64,000 nucleotides of DNA, taken from Octopus vulgaris. Its lineage: Eukaryota. The notes beneath the pieces are model-generated. The model saw only the letters and a program-made list of their open reading frames with translations. It had not been told where the DNA came from and made no database searches. The stretch is from the NCBI GenBank assembly GCA_951406725.2, contig OX597816.1:65906001-65970000 (forward strand), given 5' to 3'. The translations under genes were made by a program, and so were the position numbers. Numbering within the stretch: position 1 is the first letter of the stretch; each line of letters opens with the position of its first letter. Positions 1 through 12,638 of the stretch are shown one piece after another.

Positions 1-127
1 CATTTCCCAATTTGGGAGGTCAAAGGCTAATTTGTAAAATTAAAAAAATTTCTTCCTCATAATTTGATATGGCTATTCAGTATAGAAATACCTACAAAAA
101 TACACATAAAAAAACATTCTACAGGAC

Positions 128-260
128 CTCATCATCATAGTTTTAGTGTCTACTTTTCTATGCTTGCATGGGTCAGACAGAGTTTATTGAGGCAGGTATT
201 CTACAGCCAGATACCCTTCCTGTCACCAACCCTCATCTGTATCACCATTTTTCGGTGTAT
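128..260 (-). mobile_element. Decayed SINE 3' part with (CAT)n tail
   Basis: catcatcat...ttttctatgcttgcatggg...ttctacagccagatacccttcct motif, shared with copies at about 18745, 33220, 40930 and 44355. Confidence 0.55.
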
Positions 261-729
261 TTCAAATGGAAAAATGTTCACTTAAAGAGAATAAGAAGTT
301 GCATAATGCAAAATTTTTACTTTTCAAAAATTCCAATTCTAAAGGGTTGGAACAAACCCAAGCAACACTGGACGATACTGCTAGTAAAGGAAATTCTTAT
401 TTATTTTGGTGTATTTAAAATAATTCATAAAATTTCTTTCAATATTTTCTCTGTAAGCAATGAACGATTACCTTCATTAAGCTTTAATGTCTACTTAAAT
501 ATGAAATATGTTTCCCATGTTAGAGGTGTTTCTCTTTATTTTAATATTGTGATACTTAACTAATTTCTCACTTGTAGGTGGGTTCATTTAGTTCATTTTA
601 ATAAAAGATTAGGTTGTTTCTGTTTCATGAACTCGTTTACACTATTTAATCTCCATTTAGTGGATTAAGAGATGCTAATAATAAGGTTACAGAATATATA
701 TGTATATATTCTGTCTATCTATCTATCTA

Positions 730-776
<47 letters not shown>

Positions 777-1649
777 ATGGATGAATGGATGGATGGACGG
801 ACGGACGGACGGACTGACAGAGAAAGAGAGACACACACACACATTCGCTTATTATTTGATTATTGACTAGTTTCTTAATAGCATTCTGTAAAGTTTTAGC
901 TGTTTATGTTCCAAATATTTGACCATTTTAAAATATTCCTCTTAGGTCTGATTAGTAAGGAAGCTGGAGATACATTTAATGTATTTTTATAATACATTTA
1001 ATAATAACAATAATAATTTCATTATTTAAATATTTGTCAGAATGTAAATTAAGTGAGAAAGTTTGTCTGAGCTGGATTGGGCTGATTAAAATGGCCTGTT
1101 ACAAAATACTAGTTCACATACTATGAATCTTGTTGCATTTAGTCAGTATTGATTTTTAGAGGGTTAATTTGTCTTAACACAAGAGTGTATGCTCCAGTCT
1201 TTGGGTATTTTCAATTGGGAGAAAGAAAAGGGAAAGAATAATCAGCAGAGAAAATAACTCTTACTTGATGTTGGGGTATAAATATACAAAGATGTTCATT
1301 ATCTCATCTAATTTTTTGAGAAAAATTGAAAGGTATTCACCATATAACATGATAATTGCTATTGTACATCATTTGGCAGGTTGATTTTATGCAGGCAAAC
1401 TTTAGAAATTTGTGTGTGTGTGTATCTCTCTTTATAAGAATGTTTCAAAGGACATAATAGATGAAAGGTACATACTGTGAGTGTTCAGACCAAACCAAGC
1501 GCCTATATTCAAACATTAACTGCAGGGATGCAGGATCTGCAGAAATGTTGGTTGTCTATAGGCAATGTAATGGTCAAGCTAAAGTAGGTATATGAGAACA
1601 AAATATGAACAGTCAGTTGCAAGGCATCAAACAGTTTCAGCTTCGCATT

Positions 1650-2220
1650 ACTGGCACTTGTGCCCTGTGCTAGTAGGGTGCTAAAAGCACCATCTGAGCG
1701 TGATTGTTGCCAGAGCCGCTAACTGGCTTCTGTGCCGGTGGCATGTAGGAGGCACCATTCAAGTGGGATTGTTACCAGCATCGCCTTACTGGCACCTGTG
1801 CTGTTGGCATGTGTAAAAAAAAAAACAAATTCGAGTGAAGTCGTTGCCAGTACCACCTGACTGGCCCCCATGTCGGTGGCACGTAAAAGCACCTTACTAG
1901 CATAGGGCACAAGTGCTAGTAAGGCGACGCTGGTAACGATCACACTCGAAAAGTGCCTTTTATGTCCCACTGGCACGGAAGCCGGTTAGCCACTCTGTTA
2001 ATGATCACACTCGTATGGTGCTCTTTGCACCCCGCTAGCACGGATGCCAGTCATCGAATTTGATTTTGACTTTGATTTCACTTGCCTCAACTGGTCTTCG
2101 CAAGCAGAGTTTAGTGTCCAAAGAAGGAAAAGGTACGCATAAATGGGCTTGTTATGCCCCTGGCATAGGCCACGAGGTTATGGTCTCATTTGGTTTGCTG
2201 GGTCTTCTGAAGCACAGCAT
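1650..2220. mobile_element. GC-rich retroposon fragment with internal diverged tandem subrepeats
   Basis: Recurrent gtgccggtggcacgtaaaagcacc / gttgccag...actggc units, also present in the SINE copies at 10130-10268, 16170-16275 and 34845-34917. The junction sequence cttgcctcaac is shared with about 10257. Confidence 0.65.
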
Positions 2221-2227
2221 ATATATA

Positions 2228-2266
<39 letters not shown>

Positions 2267-3321
2267 ACATAAAAATATCGTGCACATTAAAACACATTAA
2301 GAGGCTTCCAAATAGGAAACCCTTGTGCTAGAAAGAGCAGTAGAAAACTCAAACCACTAATTAGGTATAAATTCTTGAAAGGAATGAAAATAAAAACGTT
2401 TACCATCTAATTTAGTTCCTAGACCATGGTTTCTGACTAATTTCAGTAAATATATATTTACTGAGGCCAGTCTTCATCAGTAGGTAGCCTTTAGATTTTA
2501 AATTTACACACAACTAGATCCGCATGTAAACTCGCTGCCTGTATATTCTAACTTTTCAAATCCAGTGCGCAGATGCAGTTTATCTCCGGCAACAGAGAGG
2601 ATGCTGGTAAAATTTCGAACAAATTTATCAAAAAATATTTAAAACAGTTAGAATATAGAAAAGTTTCCTGCAATGGCTACTTTTGCTGTGGATGGTGTCT
2701 ACTACGACCTTCAAACCTGATCATACTGACATCAGTAATGTCCATCTTTGGACAGCTACTGAGAATGTTCTGTCCCTCTCCTCACACACAGAAGTAAGCC
2801 GGTGACTCCACTTTTACCCTGCATAACAAGTTGGAAAGGCTTGGCACTATGTTGTATATTGTCTCTGTCAGTAACTTATCCAATGAAGCTCTACATTCAA
2901 AAGCTCAGGTCGTGTGACTCTTCACACTACTGATTGCTCCCATCTTAACCAGGATCCCTACTGCTGCATCCCAACACCCTTGCTAGCTTGTGCCTCCACA
3001 GTTGATGCTTGTACTTCATTCCAAATCAGTAATCTCTTGTCATTTCCATGCATCTTATCATAGTGAGACGTGCCACTACTTCGGCTATTCCTTCCATAAG
3101 GTGCTGCACCTACCAACACTATGCCTAAGCTATGACCCTGCAACCTTAACAGCCTCTGCTGCTCCCCACTTCTGCCCTCTCTTAACCCTAATACCAATCT
3201 GAGAGACTTTTGAGATATTGGGGTTTTGCTATTGCAGCACCACTCTATCTTTGAAGAAGAGTGGTGAGAATTTAAAAGAAATTTAAAATGACTTCTAAGT
3301 GTTTAGCTTTCCATTGGCCAT

Positions 3322-3677
3322 TGGTGTTGGAGAAGACTTTTACGGATTCCATGGACAGTGAGGCTCACGAATGGAGAAGTTCTTAAGCAGATCAGGCCGA
3401 AAATGTCGCTAGAAGCTAGGATCACCAAGCATAGATTGGCATATTTTGGTCATATTATGCGGAGAAAATCCCTGGAGATGGACATCATGCTCGGAATGGT
3501 CAGTGGCAAGAGAGGAAGAGGCCGACCAAGAACCCGCTGGCTTGACACCATCAAGAGTGATACCGGAATGGACATAGCCAATCTGAAAGAAGCGGCCCAG
3601 GATAGAACTGACTGGAGGACACTGATCCACCGAGTAACCGAGAGTTGACTTCGACTGAGCGGATAGATAGATAGATA
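3322..3677 (+). mobile_element. 5'-truncated RTE-clade LINE 3' end
   Basis: ORF 3358-3648 (RLAYFGHIMRR...GKRGRGRPRTRWLD...AQDRTDWR) is the typical RTE C-terminus, followed by a (GATA)n tail. Confidence 0.9.
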
Positions 3678-3830
3678 TAGTGACATCTAATATTGTACTA
3701 TAATGACGTCCTATTGTTGGATACAGGATGTTGGCATACTTTGTTGGCATTCTCCAGAATGATATATTCAGTAACACCAGTTCTATACATTGGCTATCTT
3801 ATATTGTAGAGAAGAATTTGTGGTAACTAT

Positions 3831-4057
3831 AGGCGGCGAGCTGGCAGAAACGTTAGCATGCTGGGCGAAATGCGTAGCCGTATTTCGTCTGCCGTTACAT
3901 TCTGGGTTCAAATTCCGCCGAGGTCAACTTTGCCTTTCATCCTTTCGGGCTCGATAAATTAAGTACCAGTTACACACTGGGGTCAATATAATCGACTTAA
4001 TCCATTGTCTGTCCTTGTTTGTCCCCTCTGTATTTAGCTTCTTGTGGGTAGTAAAGA
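3831..4057 (+). mobile_element. tRNA-derived SINE with Meta-domain-like core
   Basis: tRNA-like head (A box tggcagaaacgttag, B box ggttcaaattcc) plus core ctttgcctttcatcctttcggg..cgataaattaagtaccag. Further copies at 41190 (+), 41765 (-) and 9540 (-). Confidence 0.85.
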
Positions 4058-6534
4058 AAAATATATTGTAGAGAAGACAAGAAACTTTAGTGTCAGTCAA
4101 TAAATTAATCATCATTCTGGAGGGTAGGGTATTTAGTGTTTGTTATCATATAGTTGATTTGATGGTAACAGATTGCAAATGTTATCATGAAATCAGTAAA
4201 TCTTCAAATGATAATTGTCCCTAGAGTACCACACCCTACAGAACGATGACTAATTGACTTATTGATACCAAATCTTGTTTTATGATATATAAGGAACAGG
4301 TGTCACAGTTTAAGAGGAATGGACTGAGTTTTTGCCTTGTTCAAGAGTAAGTGACATCTGTTTTGCAAAGTGTTACTCTAGTATGGTGTGACAAAATTAA
4401 ACAGACCAACACTATACAATGTGGTCCAGATCCTTTCACTTATGTTTTCAATGTTCATTGTAATAAAAGATGTCTTTGTTGAGCTTTGAACAAATATTCC
4501 TCATACACTTATCTTTTTTAAACTTGTAAGTATCTTGACAAATGATGTAAGATATTATTTTGTCAGTAAATTCAATTATACTCACTCCATAGTTTAAGCA
4601 TGCTTAAAATTGTTATGGATACTATTCTGCTCCCTCAGACTTAGCATTTACAAATATGTGTTATTGCTAATGCAGATTAGTTTAATATTTTACCATATAC
4701 ATACGTAAACTAACAATACGATGCATCATATCATCATTAGTCTATTTTTATGAGTTCAAATCCTATAACAGTTTCTGAGAAATATCTCCATGCTAGGAAC
4801 ATCTACTTCAGTGGATTTCATTAAAAATAGGTTCAACTCTTACTTTGCAATTGAATGGTTTAAATAAATTGAGTTAGTTAATGTCTCTGTGTTTTCTCTA
4901 CCTCGTTTTGAAAGCAATTTATTTATTAGATAATTTAAAGCTAAAAGAAAGCATTCTGGGAAATTGAAATGTACCTAAAGTGGGGAAAATGAACAAAAAT
5001 GGAAAAGAATTGTAGGAATGTAATTTAGTATAGGAAATACATGTTCTAAGTTGGCCTTTTTAAAAAGCAGGAGTATAATTTTGTCAAGATTAGATAAGTA
5101 GCTTTAATTTGTATTCACAATAATTCTAATTTAAGCTTGATTTAGAGATGTTGAATGAAATGGGCAAATCTCTTTTCATATGACCTCCCAATATTTTAAC
5201 TTACTTGCTCTGACTGATGGATACCATTTGGCAATTGGTATGGCTTTATCACTTTGATTAACGATAACTATCAGATTACTGCATGATTAATCATGGAAAT
5301 TGTATCTAACCCTTAGAAACTAAGGCTGTAAGATAAATCAGAAGCTTTCTTTAGTGATTGAAAGGCATTTTGCTTCTATTGGCTTTCAAGTTGATTGGTT
5401 GTTTGTCTTTCAGGAATAGGCTTTTATTTATTCATAGAAAGTATATACAAAAGAATAAAGGTTGGTTAGCTGGAAATTTCTTTTCTAATAATAAGTAAAC
5501 ATGAATAGTATTTTTATTATAATAATATAAAACTAGGATGTTACCTGATCTTTGTAATATGCAAGACAAATATTATCACATACATGAACATTTGAGTGAA
5601 CAACTTGATAAGTAGATAGGTGATAGACAGACAGACAGATAGGAGTGATATCTATGAAGATTAGAATCCAAGCTAAGAAATTCTTTGCATGGAAATTTGA
5701 TTGGCTTGAAACAGCAGTCAACTCTTCCTCAAATTACAACCTACTATTTAAAAAAAAAATGAAAGAATACAATACATAATGTGCTCTTAGGTATGAAGAA
5801 TAGCAAAAAAGAAAAGGGATTTAATTGATTATTCTTTATAATAAAAAAAAATCTAAATGTTTAGTGTGGAATGTTCTAGTGAATTGATTAATGTATAAGA
5901 CAATTGATAGTGACAAAAGCAGTATTAACACCAAAAGACAATCTTTATCTCCAGCTTAACGTGGAGATTGTGTTAGAACATAGAATATTGTGTAATTTAC
6001 CTTGAGAGGACTCATGGTGCATAAAAGCACTCATATTTATATCATTGACAGACAAGCACTATCTGCTACAGTTGCTGAACCAGCCAGGTCACATGATTTC
6101 ACTCTATTTTGGGTTCATCAGTGACAGACGCCCAGTTGAGACATAACCAAATTCCTGTCAATGATATATGGAATATAAGTGTAATTCAGGCACTGGTGTT
6201 GCAAATAACCAGTGGGTTTATTAAAAAAAAATAAAAAGCTACTGAAAGAATGCCTGCATCTATCACAACCCAAAATAATTTATTTCCTGAACACAATCCA
6301 AGTGAATCATTTTAATTTGATCTGGGTGAAATTTTTAACTCAGATAACATTCTAGTTAGTGGTTCTTTTTCAGCACTAGAAGTAAAATGACCATCTTTGG
6401 TTTCAAAGAACAGTTCCAAACTATGTCAAGTATTAAGGCCTAACTTTACTATAAGCTTATAAACAATGGAAAGCAGCATGCTAAACTATGAAACATATTA
6501 TTCCTTGGAAAGTATTCTGGTTAGTCCACATTAC

Positions 6535-6840
6535 TCCATAAAGAGCATGGGGCTAGTTTCTTGGTTTCTCAGGTATATATATATATATAAAAATTAGAAA
6601 AAACCATCTCTTATCAATTCAAAATGAACAATTAAATTACACCATCTAGAGTTGTAATATGTAATACACCATCTAGAATATGTAATTTTCTAGATGGTGT
6701 AATTTAATTGTTCATTTTGAATTGATAAAAGATGTTTTTTTCTAATTTTTATATATATATATTATATTTTGTGAAATTTGATTTAGTATTTCTAAATTGA
6801 ATTTTTCCCTGTAAGTTAGGAATAATATTCCCTCAAATAA

Positions 6841-6884
<44 letters not shown>

Positions 6885-7055
6885 TTCCATGGATGGGACA
6901 CCAGTCTGTCACAGAATTACTCATTTTTATCAGCTGCATGGACTCAAGCGACATGAAACTGCTCAAGAACACAATGCATTGCCTGGTCCAGGAATCGAAA
7001 CCACTATCTTACAATCAGGAGTCCAACACCTTAACTGCTAAGTTATGTGCCTCCA
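6535..7055 (-). mobile_element. Decayed tRNA-SINE interrupted by a fold-back insertion
   Basis: 6545-6572 and 6881-7055 resemble contiguous parts of the SINE at 16570-16868. An AT-rich insert bounded by (TA)n lies between them. Confidence 0.6.
6577..6761. repeat. Near-perfect inverted repeat, arms about 73 bp
   Basis: 6577-6650 (...ttatcaattcaaaatgaacaattaaattacaccatctaga) is the reverse complement of 6689-6761 with only a few differences. Confidence 0.9.
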
Positions 7056-7210
7056 CTATTGGAAAGTGTTTTGATTGTTGTATATTTTATATTAACTGCT
7101 AGACTTCAGCCCGCAAAGCAGAAAATCTCAAAATTTTCTCCATATAGCTAATCTACACTTACTGAAAAAAGATTTGTCAACAATATTTGTCAAACTAAGA
7201 ACAATACACT

Positions 7211-7422
7211 TTTACTTGTTTCAGTCATTTGACTGTGGCTATGCTGGAACACCACATTTAGTTGAGCAAATCGACCCCAGGACTTATTCTTTGTAAGCCT
7301 AGTACTTATTCTATCGGTCTCTTTTTGCCGAACCACTAAGGTACGGAGATGTAAACACACCAGCATCAGTTGTCAAGGAGGCTGTTGGGGGGACAAACAT
7401 ATACACACACATACATACATAG

Positions 7423-7453
<31 letters not shown>

Positions 7454-7615
7454 TACGACGGGCTTCTTTCAGTTTCCGTCTACCAAATCCACTCACAAGG
7501 CTTTGGTCGGCCTAAGGCTATTGTAGAAGACACTTGCCCACGGTGCCATGCAGTGGGACTGAACCCAGAACCATGTGGTTCGTAAGCAAGCTACTTACCA
7601 TACAGCCACTCCTGC
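7211..7615 (-). mobile_element. tRNA-derived SINE with CORE-like segment and internal (TA)n microsatellite
   Basis: Minus-strand head gcaggagtggctgtatggtaag...gggttcagtccc, followed by gggcaagtgtcttct. A near-identical copy lies at 19998-20435. Confidence 0.85.
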
Positions 7616-8345
7616 ACTTATATATTACAATTTTGTATCCTTATAACATGCAGCAGAAGAATGCCTTCCCGTAAGGGCTAAAATTAAGCATTAAGTCCCA
7701 AGTGAGCCTTAAGTAATTATTGGCAAGTGCAATCAGTTGAAGAGTGACACCCACTTAGAGTTAATCATATCTTCCAGATTAAATATCACTAAATTCAAAA
7801 ATACTTTGCAAGATCTCACACTTATGAAATTAAATGACAGAATTGTTTATGCAGCTGTAATTAAATATGGCAAATTGCCCATGAAATTAGTGGCAGGGAA
7901 TGTACGAACAAGTTGTAAAAGCCACATGCTTGCTGGAACAACTATGCAAGTAGAATAAACATTTCCAAGACATTCTCAGTTTTAGATAGATTTTTGGAAA
8001 CTGCTCTTAAACAAGATCTTGATATCAAAGTTGGTAATTTCACGTCAGATAAACTCAAAGACTTACTTAAAATGACTAAAATTAGAAGGTAGCTGGGTTT
8101 GATAATATACTACTAGAAGTCTGTAAGAGAAGGGCATTCAGTTTTGCAATGCAGTATACAGTTAAAACTAACTGAGTGGTGGAATAAAGGTTCTATTCTC
8201 CTATTCAAAAATTGTGGTAATTTAGGCATGACTAACAATTATTGAAGGATAGCAGCAAAATCAACATCAAATTGTTATTTAATTGTATACAGCAAAAACT
8301 CTTTTCATGGCCACCATCTCAGGCGTTCCCTTCAACTTACCTTAA

Positions 8346-8566
8346 CCCTTTAGTGTTTGCATTATTCTGCCAAAATTAATCCTTTTTTATCCACATCGTT
8401 TTGAACTAATCATGCATTATCTTGTAGCTATGAGATTTTGATGAAGTGGCTGTTCATTTTTAAAAAAATATTGTAGGGTTGGTCTGAGAGAGCAGATCTG
8501 GCCAATTTGAACATAAAACAGGCAGAATACTTTTGGCCGGATATGGCTGGATTAAATGTTTAAGGG
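8346..8566. mobile_element. piggyBac-type MITE
   Basis: TTAA|cccttta...taaggg|TTAA termini with TTAA target-site duplication. A related copy lies at 56142-56369. Confidence 0.8.
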
Positions 8567-9961
8567 TTAAAAATTAAACAGAAGATATTAAGCATTGTGT
8601 CAGTATCTCAAAAACTGAATATATCTGTTAGACTCAGAAGGGCTCATAAGCATAATCAAACAAAACCCTCTAAAATCTGTAGACTCTTTTGTGTAATTAG
8701 GGACCACAGCCTCAGTGTCATCTGGAAGTCATTGCCACTAGAAGAGGTACTTCATCCATGCCAATATCATTGTAGTCAGTGCTTTTGTATGGTTTTACTA
8801 CTTAAACACTTTTCAAAAACTGGCAGCAAGACTTATATGTGAGATGTTCTGAATATCTCATAGAAAAATCATTTGGCCAAAGATTGTATGACAGTCATCA
8901 GAGAGAGAGAGAGAGAGATGTATGCTTTTTGCAGGATATTACTGGAATTGTAAGCAAGATCTCATTAACGATATATTTCTATGGAAATCCCAACACAGAT
9001 ATACATGCATCAGCTGTCCCAAACATACTATCAGTTGGATCATTATGGGTGGCAAATTTGGTCAGGTAATTAAATTCATCCACATTGCAAACCTCATTTG
9101 GGAAATAATAGTCAATATATCTAATAGGGAATCTTTCCTTCATTAACATTTCTAAGCTATTGTTAAACTTTGTCCTTTTTCTGTTTCTTTTGTCACTATT
9201 ATAAGGCCATGTGCTCTGCCTTTTGGCATCTCCTTCGTGTATCACTTTCAAGACTTCATACTAAACACATCAACTTATGTTTTTTCTGAATCTTAATTTC
9301 CACTCATTTAAAAAATTTTTTTATCATCTATCACATTAACTCATTCCAATTATTCATAAAGCACTAATCCAGAAAAGATCTTGTAAGATTGTGGGTAATA
9401 CTACTTCTCAGACAAATAAATAAAAAGTTTTATAGCATAAATAATGTTCAAATTTATATATTTCATTCATTTGTTCTAATGAACTATTTCAAATGTTTAA
9501 TTCATGCAAGCAAAGCAACAGCAAACTAAAAATAGCTTCTAATTTAGGCTAAACCCCAGAAATCTTGATCACAGTACTTGACCACGGTGCTTGACCGGTA
9601 TTCTGTTTTATCAACCCCAGAGAGATGAAAAGCAAAGAATTTTTAACTCAGAGTACAAAGAACCAGAAGAAATTCCACAAGGCATTTTTATAGATGCTTG
9701 CTGCTCCCCCACTCCAAAGCATTATGTAGAGATATGATTATTGGGAAGTAAAAGAACTGAAGACTATTCACCATAAATTCAGACTTTGGATAGACTTTGT
9801 TACTCTACTTGATTCAATCTGTCAACATGAAAATAGATACCTTTTTCTATTTTATAAATTTGTGTGATTAGCTCTTGAAAAGCTTTTCACTGTAAAAAGT
9901 TTCTTGCATTCTTCAATACAAATTATATGCATCTGCAGAATATTTCCTCATATGACATCAT

Positions 9962-10268
9962 CCTCATCATCATCGTTTAACGTCTGCTTTCCATGCTAGC
10001 ATGAGTTGGATGGTTCGACTGGGGTCTGGGAAGCCAGGAGGCTGCACCAGGCCCAGTCTGATCTGGCAGTGTTTCTACAGCTGGATGCCCTTCCTAATGT
10101 CAACCAGTCCATGAGTGTAGTGTGTGCTTTTTACGTGCCACCGACACGAAGGCCAGTTGAGGTGGCAATGGCCACGTTCGGATGGTTCTTTTACATGCCA
10201 GCAGCACTGGTATCACAACTGCAATTTCCATTGATTTTTGATCGATTTCGATTTCGCTTGCCTCAACA
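9962..10268 (-). mobile_element. SINE-like retroposon with (GAT)n tail
   Basis: catcatcatcgtttaacgtc.gctttccatgctagcatg...ctggatgcccttcctaa; the family is repeated at 16170, 17104, 34678 and 44740. Confidence 0.85.
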
Positions 10269-10353
10269 GTATGTAAAAATTTAATATAAACTGTAAAAGC
10301 TATTTATGGTTGTACTATACTATATTTGATAAATTTCTTCCTTTTTTTTTCAG

Positions 10354-11321
10354 AGGTTCAAAAGAGTCTCTTTCATCCCGAAGTCATCGCACTGACCGAG
10401 CCGACAGATCTGAACGAGTTGCTGACCGCAATGAGAGGGTTGACCGTACAGCAGAGCCACATGAGGACTGGATGGCAGACAGACACCGTGAGGGGGATCG
10501 CCGTCGAGGTAGAATTAATTTGGAATCCGAACATTACCAGGACCCTGTTTTAAATAATCAAGATTATCACGAGACAGATACAAGGCAATCTAGAGAGCCT
10601 CGCCAAAAAGATGGTTATGAAGAAGAACAGTGGAAAAATGTTGATTCTTCTAGTGGCCATCATGGACGACGAAATGCTACACGTCACCAGAGAGATCATC
10701 AACGTGCCGATCAAAATAAAGATCATCCCCAAGAAGCTGTTAGAGGCCACAGAGATTCATTGAATAAAAGAGATCATATTAGGGAACATCCAGCACATTC
10801 TAGAGATCATCGTGGAGAATTACAAAGAGAATTACCAAGGGAGCAGCACCAAAGAGAGCGAAAAGACCATATTACAGATTCAAAAGATAGTCGATCCCCG
10901 AGTCGTGATCGTGAACGGACTCGTGGTTCGAAGGGAGATAAATACAGCTCATATATCACCGATCAATCATCAATTCAGGTAGTAAGTACAGGGCACCATG
11001 ATAGAGAAGCGTCAGAGATTGAACATAGAGGTGAAACTGATAGATATTTTGATAGAAAACAACATTTGGATCCTAATTCAGCTGCAAATAAAAGTTCTAG
11101 AACTAACCGCCGCAAAGTTGAAAGTATGTTACGCAATGATTCTCTGAGTTCTGACCCGTCTGACTGCGTCAGGCCACCTCCACCTAAGCCGCATAAACAT
11201 AAGAAAGGTAAAAAACAAAGACAGCAGTCGATTAGTAGTTCTGATGACGAAATCCGATCAACTCCAGAATGTTCTAGTTGTGAAGAGCCTGATATGGAAA
11301 GTGAAAGTGTTAGTGAAAAAG
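10354..11321 (+). CDS. RIM: RIM (Rab3-interacting molecule, RIMS1/2-like) large internal exon, linker between zinc finger and PDZ
   Basis: Polypyrimidine tract plus cag acceptor ending at 10353 (phase 2), and donor G|gttagt after 11321 (phase 1). The frame is open throughout. The C-terminal MLRNDSLSSDPSDCVRPPPPKPHKHKKGKKQRQQSISSSDDEIRSTPECSSCEEPDMESESVSEKG matches the conserved RIM motif (vertebrate MLRNDSLSSDQSESVRPPPPKPH...ESESVSEKG). Confidence 0.95.
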
Positions 11322-12414
11322 GTTAGTAGTATTACTTTCTACCTTTTTTTTTTTTTTTTTTTTTTTTTACTGATTTTTGTCTGAAAACAGTTTGTGTATT
11401 CAGTTTGTTCAACATAAAATGTATCTGCTTTTGTTTGTGTATATGTGCGTGTGCATGTGTACGTAAATGCCTTTTGTTTAAAGTATATTTAAAACTGTTG
11501 GAAGAATTGCTAACAGAAGGTTAGATATATTCTTTTACAATTATACTAGTTTTAACCATTCAGCTGTAATGATGATGGACCACCAATATATGATAATTAA
11601 AACTAAATGCTTTTACATAAAAAAAAAATGCCAAAACATTGTTGTGTAGTTAATAAAGATCTTAGTAATTTAACTTAAGATTCTCCAGATATAAGATTAA
11701 TGGTTTTGCTAATTACCAGTTTGAAAGTAATTGTATCTAGAATTTATTATAAGAAACAGCTAACATTAACCAGTGGGACATTTATTTCTTAATCTAAAAA
11801 TTAAGATTGTATAATTTAATTCAGCTAAAACTTTTTCTATATTTTTTCCTTTAGAATTTAAGTTTAGCTAGGAAAGCAGTTTTAGAATCTGATAGAATTA
11901 CATGATTGTTATTGATTATGAACATTTGGTAATTCAAGTACATTACTTGTATTTGTATGTAGTAATAAGTTGTCCATAATGAGTTTATTCTGTCTGAGAT
12001 TTCCAAAATATGTCCAACAGGTATATGTCTCATCTTACCTTCTTCCAGATTCTTATCCAGATATTGAAACACTCTCACATACATAAAATATACATAGTAT
12101 GTTAATAAATAACACAATCTCAACCATCAACTGTATATAGACATAGTCAACCCTAATACTGTGTAGACAAAGTAAAATCTTCATTTCATAAAAATATTTC
12201 TATGAAAGAAATCCCCTGCAGCAAATCCATCTGTATATTTGCTTGATCTGCTCAATAAAGTAACCAAATATCTTACATTTTTAAACCCTGAATATCAGGA
12301 TTATCTATTCAAAAAACAATACTGACTGGCAAGAGCTGGAGTTCAACTTGACTAATATTTTGATCAGCTGCTACTCTGCTGTAGGCATACTTAAAGTTGA
12401 CCAGGTCAACTTAA

Positions 12415-12638
12415 CCCTTTCGTTACCAATCCAGCTGAAACCAGCTTTGGCTCTGAGTACAAATGTTTTGTTTTCATAAGTTCTGAATTAAGATCTTCCA
12501 CCAAACCTTAGTCACAATTTATGTTCCTATCACTAGCTGAATGGTAATGAAGCTATTTTACTAAATTCTTTGTTATATTTAAAGTAAGTGAAAAAAAAAA
12601 ACACATAGCATCTCAAAATAAATACAGTAATGAAAGGG
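12415..12638. mobile_element. piggyBac-type MITE (second family)
   Basis: TTAA|ccctttcgttac...gtaatgaaaggg|TTAA. Confidence 0.85.
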
